Source: a virus
IMG/VR virus record: IMGVR_UViG_3300033145_000681
Location: 4,355-68,354 of that record
DNA length: 64,000 bases
Strand: one strand, 5' to 3'
The position numbers and the translations under genes are program-made. The notes beneath the pieces are model-generated. The model was not told the DNA's origin and did no database searches. It saw only the letters and a list, made by a program, of their open reading frames with translations. Within the stretch, counting starts at the first letter, position 1, and every line of letters starts with the position of its first letter. Below are positions 36,265-46,396 of the stretch, one piece after another.

Positions 36265-37370
36265 TGAAACCATTCAAGCACGTAACGATCAAACATTTCC
36301 AGGGCATCGAGCATATGCAGATCGAGCTGGATCCGGGGATCAACGTATTCACCGGGCCTACCGATTCAGGGAAGAGTTCCATTTTCCGTGCGATCGAAGG
36401 TTGGTCATTCAACGAGATCGGAGAGGGTTTCGTCCAGGCTGGTGCGAAGTTTCTCTCCGTAGAGATCGACGGGATCAGATGGGAGAAGAGCGACAAGGTT
36501 AACCGGTACATCATCGGGAAGGAGATCTACGACAAGGTCGGCCGCGGCAATGTTCCGGAGGACGTCCGGGAGATTACGAGAATCCGGGAGGTTGAATTCG
36601 GGGATGGCGTAACAGCCAGGCTGAACTTCGCGCCTCAATTCGGGCCCGAGTTCATGGTCGGATTCCGGGGCTCAGAGAATGCCAAGATCGTAGGATCTCT
36701 CTCCGGGATTCACAACGTATTCAACGCGCTCCGGGATGCGACGGCGGATCACAAGAGAGCCCGGACGGAGAGCGGCCGGCTGGAGAAGGAAATCGAAGGA
36801 GCCGAGGAGATGGTCGAGTCACAGGTTTGGATACAGGAGATCGCCAAACGCATGACCACTCTCGGCTCCCTTATTACGGAGGCAGAGGAAACTGAGGGTC
36901 GCGTGGAGCAGCTCCGGCAATATGTCATGGACATTGCCTCTGCAGTGGCCTGTCTGAAGGGCTCTCAGGGCCGTGTGGAAGAGTTGCGGCCCCTTGCCGA
37001 GCTGGACTTTGAGTCGTATGATCAGGCCCTTCAGCGGCGCGATACGCTCTCGGGCCTGGCGGAGCGGTACGATGAGGCGAGAGAGACGCTCGGTACTGCC
37101 GAGAATCGGGTGCTGGAGCTACAGAATGCGCCCGTAGTCGACTTCGATGCATATGATGCCCTGGGAGAGCGGCTGGATTTCCTGAAGGGCTTAGAGGCGA
37201 AATACGAGAAATCAGAACAGGCGCTGGGTGATGCCGAGGATGCCGTCACCTTATCAGTTGACGTCATGAATCTTCGGACAAAGGATTTCAACGAAGCGAT
37301 AGAAGGTATGGATCTCTGTCCTGTAACGGGAGGACCGATGTTGGCGGAATGTAAAGAGGCATTGAAATGA
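36264..37370 (+). CDS. SbcC/Rad50-like ATPase, N-terminal half
   Basis: IKHFQG, GINVFTGPTDSGKSS, NFAPQ (Q-loop), coiled coil, CPVTG; no Walker B. Confidence 0.88.
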   Translation: MKPFKHVTIKHFQGIEHMQIELDPGINVFTGPTDSGKSSIFRAIEGWSFNEIGEGFVQAGAKFLSVEIDGIRWEKSDKVNRYIIGKEIYDKVGRGNVPEDVREITRIREVEFGDGVTARLNFAPQFGPEFMVGFRGSENAKIVGSLSGIHNVFNALRDATADHKRARTESGRLEKEIEGAEEMVESQVWIQEIAKRMTTLGSLITEAEETEGRVEQLRQYVMDIASAVACLKGSQGRVEELRPLAELDFESYDQALQRRDTLSGLAERYDEARETLGTAENRVLELQNAPVVDFDAYDALGERLDFLKGLEAKYEKSEQALGDAEDAVTLSVDVMNLRTKDFNEAIEGMDLCPVTGGPMLAECKEALK

Positions 37371-37715
37371 TGCTCTGGCTGAAGAGGAAGTATAACGGTG
37401 CGCTCTGCAGGATCGCCCTACTGTGCATCAGCAAGCTCCGGTATTTCTGCATGATAGATACCACGATCAAGATGATCAAGACGGACATCGAGAAGGTAAG
37501 GAGAACAATCGGATGAAGATCAAGAATGGATCGGAGCTTCGGGTACAGCTTTGTGAGCGGGAGCTGGAGCAGTCGAAGGATCTGATGGAGGCGATCAATC
37601 GATCACTGGTCATCCAGGCCGGCTGCCGGAAGAATGGAGTATCAGAAACCTGTGCTGGCAGGCGTCAGGTAATTCTGAGAGTAGCGTCCATGAAGGCTGG
37701 GACGAAGGCGAAGAA

Positions 37716-38252
37716 ATGCCCGTAATGCCCGAGAGATTCTTTCTGACGGCTGGGCTTCGCCTGGGGCAGCCGGACGTGATAGAAACCTATCGCCGGCCAT
37801 TCGAGTCCGTAGAGGAGCATGACAAGACCCTGATCGATAACTGGAATGAAGTCATCTCCGATGATGACATGATATGGGTACTCGGGGATCTCGCATACGG
37901 GACGCGGGATCAGGTACTTCGATTCACCAGGCGGCTCAACGGCCGGAAGGTAATCATGCTCGGCAACATCGATCGGGATCCGATTCAGTGGTGGGTAGAG
38001 CATGGCTTCGGCGCGGCCATGCGGAAGTCGATCGTATTTGACAAGACAAAGATCCGGCTGTCGTATGCTGCGCACCATTCATGCGCCCAGGTAAATCTTC
38101 ATGGATGTACCGAGGGAAGCTACCTTCCGAATCACCAGACCGTATCGGTAGAGCGATGGGACTGGCGTCCCGTTCAGCTACGCGATGTGCTGAAGTCGAT
38201 GGGCAATCCGGAGAGAGAGCCTCTCCGCGGCATGAAGATTAAGAATAACTGA
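37716..38252 (+). CDS. calcineurin-like metallophosphoesterase homologue with substituted metal ligands
   Basis: RPFESVEEHDKTLIDNWNEV..WVLGD..RLNGRK..LGNID..NLHG. Confidence 0.8.
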   Translation: MPVMPERFFLTAGLRLGQPDVIETYRRPFESVEEHDKTLIDNWNEVISDDDMIWVLGDLAYGTRDQVLRFTRRLNGRKVIMLGNIDRDPIQWWVEHGFGAAMRKSIVFDKTKIRLSYAAHHSCAQVNLHGCTEGSYLPNHQTVSVERWDWRPVQLRDVLKSMGNPEREPLRGMKIKNN

Positions 38253-38613
38253 TGAATGATCTGGACAAGAAACTGGTCGGGCCTGGGCCCGTTCTTCTCT
38301 TCCTGGTATTGGTCGGGGTATTGTTTGCCACAACAATTCTCCTGCTTGATCAGCTGCAGAAGAAGGAGATTTTGAGGAACAACTCCCCTTGGATGCAGGA
38401 CAGGATGAGGCTCCGGACGAGGGATATAATTGAACAGGAGAAGATGATGGCAAAGAACAAAACCAGGGGGAAGCGGCGCCGGCCTACGCGATGCATACAG
38501 GGCTGCTTCAAGTTCAAAACCTTCGAGCTTGATACCAGCGGTGAGTATGATCGATGGACGTGCGGGGAGTGTGGAGCGACCTGGGTAGTATACCAGTACG
38601 GAAGGAAGATCAA

Positions 38614-39564
38614 GTGAGCATCGTCAAGCTGCTCCATTTCACGGATGTTCATTACAGCCAGACGGCGCCGGAGAGTCGGGCAGAGGAGTACAAGGAAGAC
38701 ATCAAGGCGAAGATGTTGGAGATCCTGGCGATTGAAACGAAGCTCCAGCCGGCAGCAGTCCTCTTCGGCGGGGATCTCTATCATCGGAAGCAGAACGTAA
38801 CGCATCTTGAAGTCGGGATCATGATCAACATATTCAAGGAATTCTCCGCGCCGATATACGGTATCGTCGGCAGCCATGATGTAACCGGGCATCAGGTATT
38901 GACGATCGATCACAAGCCTGCCGGCGTTCTTGAGGCGGCTGGGGTAATTGAGTGGATCTCGCCGAACGTGAAGATCTCGCCGGTAAAGGGAGTATCGATC
39001 GGCGGCGCTCCTTGCCATGCTGGCTACGAGGAAGATCCGAAGTCTTACGGGGTGGGAGTGGAGTGTGCGAAAAAGGACGTTCTGGTCTGGCTTTCGCACG
39101 GCGTACTCGTACGTGGTGGCAAGAAGCTGATTTACGACCACACGGATATCAGCGCTCTTGAACAGACCCGGGCAGATATCCTCATCAATGGACACTACCA
39201 TTCCGAGACATGGGTACAGACAGCGGTTGATGGAAGGCTCTTCCTGAATCCCGGCAGCGTAGGCAGGACGGACATCCAGGACATGCATGAGCCGTGCGTA
39301 ACCATCCTGGCGATCGATACGGAGGCGCGTACCTGGAAGCACAAGTTCGTGAAGCTCAAATCCGCCAGGCCGTACAGTGATGTCTTCGAGGCGAAGGCGG
39401 CGCCGGCAAAGAAGAGCGATGCAGAGATCACGGAATTCGTCGAGGCACTCGAGAAGGAATCGGGGGACGTCCGGACGGAGGATCTTCAGGAAGCGATCGG
39501 AGTAGGATGCAAGGGCAAGCCTAAGAATGTGAAGCCGGCAATCAGCGCGAGGCTCGGGGTATGA
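38614..39564 (+). CDS. SbcD/Mre11-like nuclease
   Basis: FTDVH, GGDLYH, VGSHD, LSHG, NGHYH, NPGS. Confidence 0.9.
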   Translation: MSIVKLLHFTDVHYSQTAPESRAEEYKEDIKAKMLEILAIETKLQPAAVLFGGDLYHRKQNVTHLEVGIMINIFKEFSAPIYGIVGSHDVTGHQVLTIDHKPAGVLEAAGVIEWISPNVKISPVKGVSIGGAPCHAGYEEDPKSYGVGVECAKKDVLVWLSHGVLVRGGKKLIYDHTDISALEQTRADILINGHYHSETWVQTAVDGRLFLNPGSVGRTDIQDMHEPCVTILAIDTEARTWKHKFVKLKSARPYSDVFEAKAAPAKKSDAEITEFVEALEKESGDVRTEDLQEAIGVGCKGKPKNVKPAISARLGV

Positions 39565-39944
39565 GTGATCTGACGATCGAGGTATGCGGCCCCTGCTGGG
39601 GAAAGGAATTCAACGACTTCGAGGAGTCGTGCGACTGCACGATGTACGACGGTGGAGATCCCGAGAAGTTCGGGTACCCGCCATACCACAAGGGCTGCAT
39701 GTGCGTGGTGACGGGGCCGTCGATGGAACACTTGATGGATATGTCTATCGCTGCAGACCTGCTCCCTGCATACGGAGTGAAAATTTCGTTCTGGGGTGGC
39801 ATTTTTGGGAAGCGATATCGCGGGTTCATTGTCAGTAGCGATCCCGACAAACCGGGGATGTATGTATTCACCGGGATAGGATGGAAGGGGCGGCTGTACT
39901 GTATTCATGAAGAATTCACAAGGAGGGTAGATTCCGATGATTGA
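39561..39944 (+). CDS. hypothetical Cys-rich protein
   Basis: ATGA overlap; PPYHKGCMC. Confidence 0.55.
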   Translation: MSDLTIEVCGPCWGKEFNDFEESCDCTMYDGGDPEKFGYPPYHKGCMCVVTGPSMEHLMDMSIAADLLPAYGVKISFWGGIFGKRYRGFIVSSDPDKPGMYVFTGIGWKGRLYCIHEEFTRRVDSDD

Positions 39945-40236
39945 CATTGCCAAGATGAAGAAGGCTTCCGAGGATGCGAAGCTGGATCTCGTTCGGGAGG
40001 AAGAGCGCCGGGATCAGGCGGCGAAGAATGTAGCCGGGGTCGAGGAGGAGATCAAGGGAGCCGGCTGCACTCCGAAGACTCTGGGCAAAGAGATCAAGAA
40101 GGCGGAGGCGAACCTGGAAGCCCAGGGGAAGAAGATCGAGAAGGAATTCGGGACGATCGAGAAGGGGATGGAGGATGAGCACGTTGAAGACAGCGGAGTA
40201 TCGGCAGCGCTATCAGACCTTGACCTCGAAGACTGA
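39937..40236 (+). CDS. small coiled-coil protein
   Basis: Lys/Glu heptads; SD GGAGGG. Confidence 0.65.
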   Translation: MIDIAKMKKASEDAKLDLVREEERRDQAAKNVAGVEEEIKGAGCTPKTLGKEIKKAEANLEAQGKKIEKEFGTIEKGMEDEHVEDSGVSAALSDLDLED

Positions 40237-40828
40237 CATCGAGCAGGGCAAGCTCGAAGCGTACAAGGAAACCCTGGACGGGCTCCGGGTAAAGATCCAG
40301 AAGGTCGAAAAGGCCGTGGAGCTGCACGGCCATGAGTGCGATGCTCTGAGGATCGTCAGCGAGATCCTCCGGGAGCGGATCCGGGCCCGGGTGGAGCATC
40401 TTACTACCCTGGCGGTGCGATCGGTATTCGGGAAGGATGATTACCGCTTCGAGCTGGAGATGGAGCCGAAGCGCGGCCAGATGACGGCGACTCCCATGTT
40501 CGCATCCCGCTTCAAAGATCAGGAGATCGTGGTCCCGGTAAAGGATGCCCGGGGTGGCGGGATTGTAAACGTGGTATCGTTCGTTCTCCGGGAAGTAGTC
40601 CGGGCCCTTACCAGGCCGCGGGTCGCGCCGGTATCGATCGGGGATGAGACATTCAAGAATGTATCCCGGGAGTATCTCCCGAAGATTGCCCAGCTGCTTC
40701 AGAAGCTCCACGATACGACGGGGGTGCAATTCATCATCGTAACGCACAAATCCGAGCTGGCAGAGATTGGGAAGGTATTCCATGTGAGCAAGGATGCCGA
40801 AGGTCTGACGATTGTGGAGGAGGGATGA
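40175..40828 (+). CDS. SbcC/Rad50-like ATPase, C-terminal half
   Basis: Coiled coil, RGGG signature-like, GDETFKNVS (Walker B/D-loop), QFIIVTH (H-loop). Confidence 0.85.
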   Translation: MSTLKTAEYRQRYQTLTSKTDIEQGKLEAYKETLDGLRVKIQKVEKAVELHGHECDALRIVSEILRERIRARVEHLTTLAVRSVFGKDDYRFELEMEPKRGQMTATPMFASRFKDQEIVVPVKDARGGGIVNVVSFVLREVVRALTRPRVAPVSIGDETFKNVSREYLPKIAQLLQKLHDTTGVQFIIVTHKSELAEIGKVFHVSKDAEGLTIVEEG

Positions 40829-41280
40829 GCAAGTATACAAAGAGCATTCGTTGCCGGCATGATTGGGCCTATGTGGGCCGTTGTAATTATCCGACATGGC
40901 ACTGCGGCTTGTGCGGGGCATACCGGGAGCGGCACGGAAGAAGGTTTCGCTATCAGTATCCAAAAGGGGGACGGTAGGAGCCATGAAGCGCAAATACCAG
41001 AAGCGGGACGGCCGGGAGAATTCGAACGAGCGGATGCGGGTAGCGATATTCAAGTTCGCGCAGCGAGCGATGGAAGAGTCTGGCTGGAATCCCCGGAGAG
41101 ATTACATGACCAATCAGATGCGGCGCTGGCGTCGGAGGACGCGCACTTCTATTCGGCAGCGATTCAAAGCGCGAACGAAGAAGCTCAAGAAATGATCCCC
41201 TGGCGCATAATCGGAATCCTCGCGGCACTGGCAGCGATCCTGCTGGCAATCATGATGCTCTACGTAGCGGGGGTGCCGGA

Positions 41281-41751
41281 ATGAAAGCTCTGAGCATTCG
41301 GCATCCCTGGGCGTGGCTGATTAGGGAGCGCATGAAGGATGTTGAGAATCGCACATGGAAGACAGACTTCCGGGGATCGTTTTTCATTCACGCCAGCAAG
41401 ACTCCCGACGAAGATGCATTCAATAGGATCGAGCAAGATCTCCGGTGCATTCTACTGGCGGGAAATCTTGACCGTTCGAAATTCAGATATGGCGGTCTGA
41501 TTGCGATCGCAGAGATTGTTGATTGTGTAGAGAATAGCGGCAGCAAATGGTTCGAGGGCCCTTACGGATTCGTGATAAAGAAAGTGCAGCCTATCAAGTT
41601 CATCCCCTGGTATGGTGCTCTCCAATTCTTTGACATCCCGCATTCGATAGCGCGGATGGTAGAAGGGGATTGCGATCGGGCATGCGGCTGGCAGGACCCT
41701 TACGGATTCGTTCCGGAAGCAGGATGCCCGGTACATGATGGAGGTGATTGA
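41281..41751 (+). CDS. ASCH domain protein
   Basis: KALSIRHPWAWLI..KDVENRTW..RG..IHAS. Confidence 0.92.
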   Translation: MKALSIRHPWAWLIRERMKDVENRTWKTDFRGSFFIHASKTPDEDAFNRIEQDLRCILLAGNLDRSKFRYGGLIAIAEIVDCVENSGSKWFEGPYGFVIKKVQPIKFIPWYGALQFFDIPHSIARMVEGDCDRACGWQDPYGFVPEAGCPVHDGGD

Positions 41752-42355
41752 TGGCGAAGCTGATACGTACTCCGACAAGAAGAAGGGTTCCGAAAGTGCT
41801 GGCAGAGAGGCACGATCTGGGGGTGAATTGGAGCGTTGATGGCGACCATCAATCTCTCTGGCTTTCAGCGTGGGGCGAGAAGATGAAGTATAGATATGAT
41901 CTCACAATGTCAAAGAAGGAAGCGAAGAAACTCCGGGACGAGCTGACCGAGGCATTGACGGAGATGGATGACGTATGATCGGATTCCTTCGCCGGCTTAC
42001 CTGGGTGCTCTTCGCGGCCATCATTATCATTCCCGTTCTCGCCTGGTGCCTGGCATACTGGATCGTTTGCGGGGGGCATCTATTGAATCTCCCGAAGCTC
42101 GCATGGCTGGATAGAATACGGGAGAAGTGGGCAGGCAAGGAGGAGGAATCGGTATGAGCGAGAGAGAAGAGATAGAATCCGTATCGCGCTTTATCCGGGT
42201 AGCCATGATCATCATCCTTCTTGCGATGATTTCGCTGGTGCTCGTCGGCGCCTGGAAGGTAGGCAGCTGGATCGGGTGGACATATGGGTACGGGCCGCGA
42301 GTGGATCGCCGGCTCGAGACAATAGAGAAGAGAGTCAAGCAACTGGAGGAGAAGC

Positions 42356-42655
42356 ATGTTCGAATGCCTGATGGTGAAGGATGATTCCGTAGCAACGCTG
42401 ATATTCGATTACGATGAAGGATTCATTGCGGAGCTGAAGCAGGCGGTCCCGAGCCATGATCGCGGATGGAATCCGGAGAAGAAGGAATGGACGGTCAGCG
42501 CCAGGCACGTAGAGGACGTCCTGGCCATGGCGGTAGACTACTTCGGCCGGGAAACGTACAAGGTAGTTACCGATGACGATGCCGGCAAGACGGTCAGAAC
42601 GAACATGGTAACAGGGCATAAGCAATCTCAGGGGCATCTATTTAGTGGGGCGTAA
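42356..42655 (+). CDS. hypothetical protein (HARP-like FDY..LK..RGWNPEKKEW motif)
   Basis: SD GGAGGAG; motif recognition only. Confidence 0.6.
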   Translation: MFECLMVKDDSVATLIFDYDEGFIAELKQAVPSHDRGWNPEKKEWTVSARHVEDVLAMAVDYFGRETYKVVTDDDAGKTVRTNMVTGHKQSQGHLFSGA

Positions 42656-42670
42656 TTGCACGGTGCAATT
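42654..42670. promoter_or_regulatory. 17-bp palindrome copy 4
   Basis: AATTGCACgGTGCAATT overlapping TAA stop, 11 bp before radical SAM ATG. Confidence 0.85.
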
Positions 42671-42681
42671 GAAGGGATCAT

Positions 42682-43500
42682 ATGAATCAGTGGCGTAAAG
42701 GGATCGCCCTGTGGAGAGTAGGCACAACCATCTATCTCTCCGTACCATTTACGTGGCTTGCAGAAAAAGCGCGGATGATCGCCGAAGAATGGAAAGGGAA
42801 GGGATTCACCGTTGAGATGGGCGGCCCTGGATTCATGGAGCCTACCAGCTGCGAACTTTTCGAGCCGGTACTATTCCATAATCCATGTGCGACATTTACT
42901 ACCAGAGGATGCCCGAACGCTTGCCCGTGGTGTGCGGTCCCGAAGCTGGAACCTGAATTCAAGGAGATCCGTGACTTTCGCCCCGCGCCAGTAGTATGTG
43001 ACAATAACCTGTTGGCGGCGTCATGGGGGCACATAAAACGAGTTGTCGAGAGGGTGCGTGATTTCACGATGGTAGATTTCAATCAGGGACTCGAAGCGTT
43101 TCGCTTCACGTTTCAGGTGGCGAGGGAACTTGGGAAGCTCCGGTGTAAGGTGAGGTTTGCGTTTGATAGGTGGGGCGATGAGGGGATGGTGAAGGATGCG
43201 ATAGATCTATGCCGGAAGCGTACCACAAAAGACATCGGGGTATTCGTTCTCATCGGATTCAAAGGAGCCCAGGAGGAGGATCTGGCGAGGCTCGATCTCG
43301 TGAGGGAGTGGGGGATACGGCCGACGCCGATGAGGTACCAGCCTCTTGATGCTAAAGAGAAGAACGCATATCTTCCCGAGGAAGGGTGGACAGAGCATGA
43401 GATGCTTCGGACAATGAAATACTATTCTCGCCTCAGATATTATGAGCACATTCCCTTCGATGATTTCCGAAATGCTCATCAGGGTGAATTGTTTTCATGA
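42682..43500 (+). CDS. radical SAM protein
   Basis: TTRGCPNACPWCAVP, DNNLLA, VDFNQGL, RFAFD, FVLIGF. Confidence 0.9.
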   Translation: MNQWRKGIALWRVGTTIYLSVPFTWLAEKARMIAEEWKGKGFTVEMGGPGFMEPTSCELFEPVLFHNPCATFTTRGCPNACPWCAVPKLEPEFKEIRDFRPAPVVCDNNLLAASWGHIKRVVERVRDFTMVDFNQGLEAFRFTFQVARELGKLRCKVRFAFDRWGDEGMVKDAIDLCRKRTTKDIGVFVLIGFKGAQEEDLARLDLVREWGIRPTPMRYQPLDAKEKNAYLPEEGWTEHEMLRTMKYYSRLRYYEHIPFDDFRNAHQGELFS

Positions 43501-43547
43501 ATATGATATACTCCAGAAATTCAATTGAAGGGGGGTGAGATCAAATC

Positions 43548-43814
43548 ATGGCAGATGACAAACCGAAGAAAGATCCGAAACCGCATGCCCAGGTAGATAT
43601 CAAGTGCCCGTGCTGCAAGAAGGAGATCGAGGTAACGGTATTCAAGAACAGAACCACTGCGAGCGTCAAGCACGAGTATGAGATCACCGGGAAGGCGCGA
43701 TCGGTAAAGGAGCGAACGCTCTTTGAGATGGGGCAGAAGGCCGGCACTTCAGTAAGCACCAAGCGAACGACCAAGAAGAAAACCGACAAGAAGAAAACGG
43801 GAGCGGCGGCATGA
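43548..43814 (+). CDS. small basic protein with CPCC
   Basis: SD GGGGGTGA; TGn-TATACT upstream. Confidence 0.6.
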   Translation: MADDKPKKDPKPHAQVDIKCPCCKKEIEVTVFKNRTTASVKHEYEITGKARSVKERTLFEMGQKAGTSVSTKRTTKKKTDKKKTGAAA

Positions 43815-43997
43815 AGACCAAGGGCAGGGTGAGGCGGCTCTCCCCGATTACCGGCAGACCACAGCTGCGGTATTTTCATGGAGAGCCGTGCTACGCAGTA
43901 GGCTGCAAGCAATGGATCTGCCCACCCTGCCCGACCTGCCATCGGCGCCAGGCTCATGGCAATACCTGGGTGGATGAACATCCCCGGAAGGAAGACG

Positions 43998-44306
43998 ATG
44001 CCGAGACACACTAGGCATTCCGTAGACAAGGTCCAGCCGGAGATTGTAGAGCAGCTGGAGCGGACGGGGCACAAGGTCCTGGATCTCTCCGCGGTAGGCG
44101 GTGGATGTCCGGATATTTTGTGTTCCAGATCAGGCCGTAGCGTTTTATTTGAAATAAAATCAGACAAAAGTATCTCTCATCGAAAGGATAAAGAGCTTCG
44201 TCTATCTCAGAAGATTTTCCGTGAAGAGTGGAAGGGGGCGATCCGGGTGGTCAGTACTCCGATCGAGGCGATTGAGGCTATGAATGAGATAATCAGGGGG
44301 CGATGA
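43998..44306 (+). CDS. VRR-NUC-like PD-(D/E)xK nuclease
   Basis: GGCPDIL..LFEIK..LSQKIF..W. Confidence 0.8.
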   Translation: MPRHTRHSVDKVQPEIVEQLERTGHKVLDLSAVGGGCPDILCSRSGRSVLFEIKSDKSISHRKDKELRLSQKIFREEWKGAIRVVSTPIEAIEAMNEIIRGR

Positions 44307-44469
44307 TGGATGAAAGGATCAATAACGGGTTTTGGGATTTGGATGCCGATGAACGTGCGGCTATTATCGAATCTGCTTGCGATCGCGCTGGTATTGAAAA
44401 TTTCTGTGACCTTTCTCCAGAGGAGAGGAGTCGTGCGTATGAACAATCGAGCGCGGTGGAAGAGGGGCG

Positions 44470-44838
44470 ATGATGAAGACGTATCGAGAGGCTGAATTCA
44501 ATGGCGATAATCTCATTATCGACGGCAAGAGATTCGAGCATTGCAGTATCAAGAACTGCAGGCTGTACTATACCGGGGGCGCTCTCCCGCAATTCGATCG
44601 CTGTAGCATCAACGGCTGTCAGTGGACATTCACCGGGCCGGCAGAGAATACGATCGCATTCCTGACGCTGATGTATCACGGCCTGGGCGGGGCGCATGTT
44701 GTGGTCGAGCAGATGTTCAATCAGATCAGGCAGGCAAAATTCCCGGTAGCGATGAGTGGCAGAGAAGTCCCGTCGAGGCCGATCCCTCCGGAGAAGCCGG
44801 AAGGGCCGGGATCAAAGCCGATACCCCCGGCGCTGTAG
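44470..44838 (+). CDS. hypothetical protein
   Basis: SD GAGGGG; Cys-ladder pattern. Confidence 0.65.
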   Translation: MMKTYREAEFNGDNLIIDGKRFEHCSIKNCRLYYTGGALPQFDRCSINGCQWTFTGPAENTIAFLTLMYHGLGGAHVVVEQMFNQIRQAKFPVAMSGREVPSRPIPPEKPEGPGSKPIPPAL

Positions 44839-44841
44839 ACC

Positions 44842-44869
44842 TTGACAGAATCAGTTTCCGGGATAGAAT
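44842..44869 (+). promoter_or_regulatory. sigma70-type promoter
   Basis: TTGACA-N16-TAGAAT. Confidence 0.65.
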
Positions 44870-44944
44870 GAAGTATGCGGATTGGGTTATGCGGATTGGG
44901 TGGCGCCGAGGCGCCGTTCGAGTCTTTTGGGAAGGGGGTGCGTT

Positions 44945-45274
44945 ATGCGGATTGTGATGGGCTTGGTGCTTGCCTGCCTGATCATCGGTCTGGCCGTCGT
45001 GGCGACGGAGGGTCGTAGTGATCTGGTAGGGGTGCCGGCGGGGCTTGCGATCGAGAACGGCAATGCGTCGGATCTGGGGGTCGAGGTCCCTGGCATTCGA
45101 TGGCATAACTACACAAGTCCGGCAGAGCTTTTCGAGAGTAAAGAAATCGTCGAGGCCTATGTATACCAGGAGGACGGAATCGAATCACCACATAACCTGA
45201 GATGTACCTGTGGTGGACACATCCTGATGCCTGAATTCTCTCGCGTGTCCATAGGTAAGATATTGGGCGTCTAG
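44945..45274 (+). CDS. secreted or membrane-anchored hypothetical protein
   Basis: MRIVMGLVLACLIIGLAVVA signal-like N-terminus. Confidence 0.6.
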   Translation: MRIVMGLVLACLIIGLAVVATEGRSDLVGVPAGLAIENGNASDLGVEVPGIRWHNYTSPAELFESKEIVEAYVYQEDGIESPHNLRCTCGGHILMPEFSRVSIGKILGV

Positions 45275-45293
45275 GGGGGCGCCGGAACAAAAC

Positions 45294-45353
45294 AGGCGGG
45301 AGCCGGGCGGCAAAAGGACACCGGCTCCCGCTTCTTGGGTTTCGGGTTTTTTT
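45294..45353 (+). terminator. GC-rich hairpin with U-rich tail
   Basis: GCGGGAGCCGG (45296-45306) / CCGGCTCCCGC (45321-45331), 14-nt loop, T-rich tail. Confidence 0.7.
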
Positions 45354-45373
45354 CATCTTGGGAGGAGGTCGCT

Positions 45374-45784
45374 ATGGTCAGATTTTTAATCGCGTTGACA
45401 TTATGCGCGATGGTGCTGTGCCTGGGCTTCGGCTGTACGCCGGAGCAGAAGGAGACAGCCATGAACGTCATCCAGGAGGGAGCGGATGCCGCAGCGAAGG
45501 TCGCTCCGGTGACGGGACCGGCAGCTCCTATCCTGTATGCGGTAGGCACCATCGGCACGGCAATCGTTGCTCTATGGAAGGCGTTACAGAACAGGAAGAA
45601 TGCAACGGAGGTCAAGAAGGCGCATCGGCTGCTTACATCCACGATCGATGCATGGAAGACTACAGAACCCGAGGCCAGGACGGGGAGCTTGCTCAGTTAC
45701 ATCTCTCAGGCCAAGTCAGTAGCCGACGAAGCGGAGAGAGCCTTGTGGGGCTTAGAGGAATCGGTACGGAAGGGAATGCAGTAG
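45374..45784 (+). CDS. putative lipoprotein with second hydrophobic segment
   Basis: Signal peptide ending LGFG-C; ILYAVGTIGTAIVALW; SD GGAGGAGGT. Confidence 0.7.
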   Translation: MVRFLIALTLCAMVLCLGFGCTPEQKETAMNVIQEGADAAAKVAPVTGPAAPILYAVGTIGTAIVALWKALQNRKNATEVKKAHRLLTSTIDAWKTTEPEARTGSLLSYISQAKSVADEAERALWGLEESVRKGMQ

Positions 45785-45794
45785 ACTGTGCTCC

Positions 45795-45890
45795 GAGGCG
45801 GCGGGGATCGCTCCCGGCATTATAGATCCTACTTCTTCGCTGATGATGAGCGACGAAAAGTGGAGCGATATCCCGCTGGCCTCTTTTTTT
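45795..45890 (+). terminator. long imperfect hairpin plus T7 (terminator or small RNA)
   Basis: 45795-45814 pairs with 45862-45883 (about 20 bp), followed by TTTTTTT. Confidence 0.7.
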
Positions 45891-46036
45891 ATAGGAACCG
45901 GGCTCCTGACTGAGAAGCTATTACGGGAAGAGAGAGAGGACATGGCCCGGGGAACTCCACTCTGAGGATGTTGCCGGGTCCGTTATCAGAAAAGGCGAAT
46001 CCGGTTCCTATCTTTACCAAGGCGAAGGGAGATCAC

Positions 46037-46237
46037 ATGCCGAAGTGCAAAGGCAAGACGTGCGGCGCTGACATCCTCTGGATACAAACCCCGAACGGAG
46101 TCAATACCCCCATCGATGCAAAGCCGAAGAAGCGATGGGTACGGGGATGGGGTGGGGGAGGATGGTGCCTGGTCGACTGCCATGTACCTCACCAGGAGAC
46201 ATGCCCGAACGTAGATGATCTCAGGAAGAAGAGATGA
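46037..46237 (+). CDS. small zinc-binding phage protein
   Basis: CKGKTCGADILW..PIDA..HQETCP. Confidence 0.65.
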   Translation: MPKCKGKTCGADILWIQTPNGVNTPIDAKPKKRWVRGWGGGGWCLVDCHVPHQETCPNVDDLRKKR

Positions 46238-46396
46238 GTAAGAAGCTCGTTGAATGCGGCTTCTGCGGAAGATGGCAAAAGGGGAGGCTTCGGTGCTTGG
46301 CGGGGAGATTGCTGAAGATGCGGAAGCATAGGTGCTCGGACTATTTCCCTTACATCGTACCCGGCTTCAAACAGCAGCCGGATAAGGAGTAGATAC

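Noticed and set aside
44880-44940. GTTCGAGTC suggesting a tRNA T-loop
   Set aside because: No T-stem pairing, acceptor stem or cloverleaf
45835-45862. CTGATGA...CGAAA resembling a hammerhead ribozyme core
   Set aside because: The 8 nt between the motifs (TGAGCGAC) cannot form stem II and no stem I/III with a cleavage triplet fits; the segment folds as a simple inner hairpin
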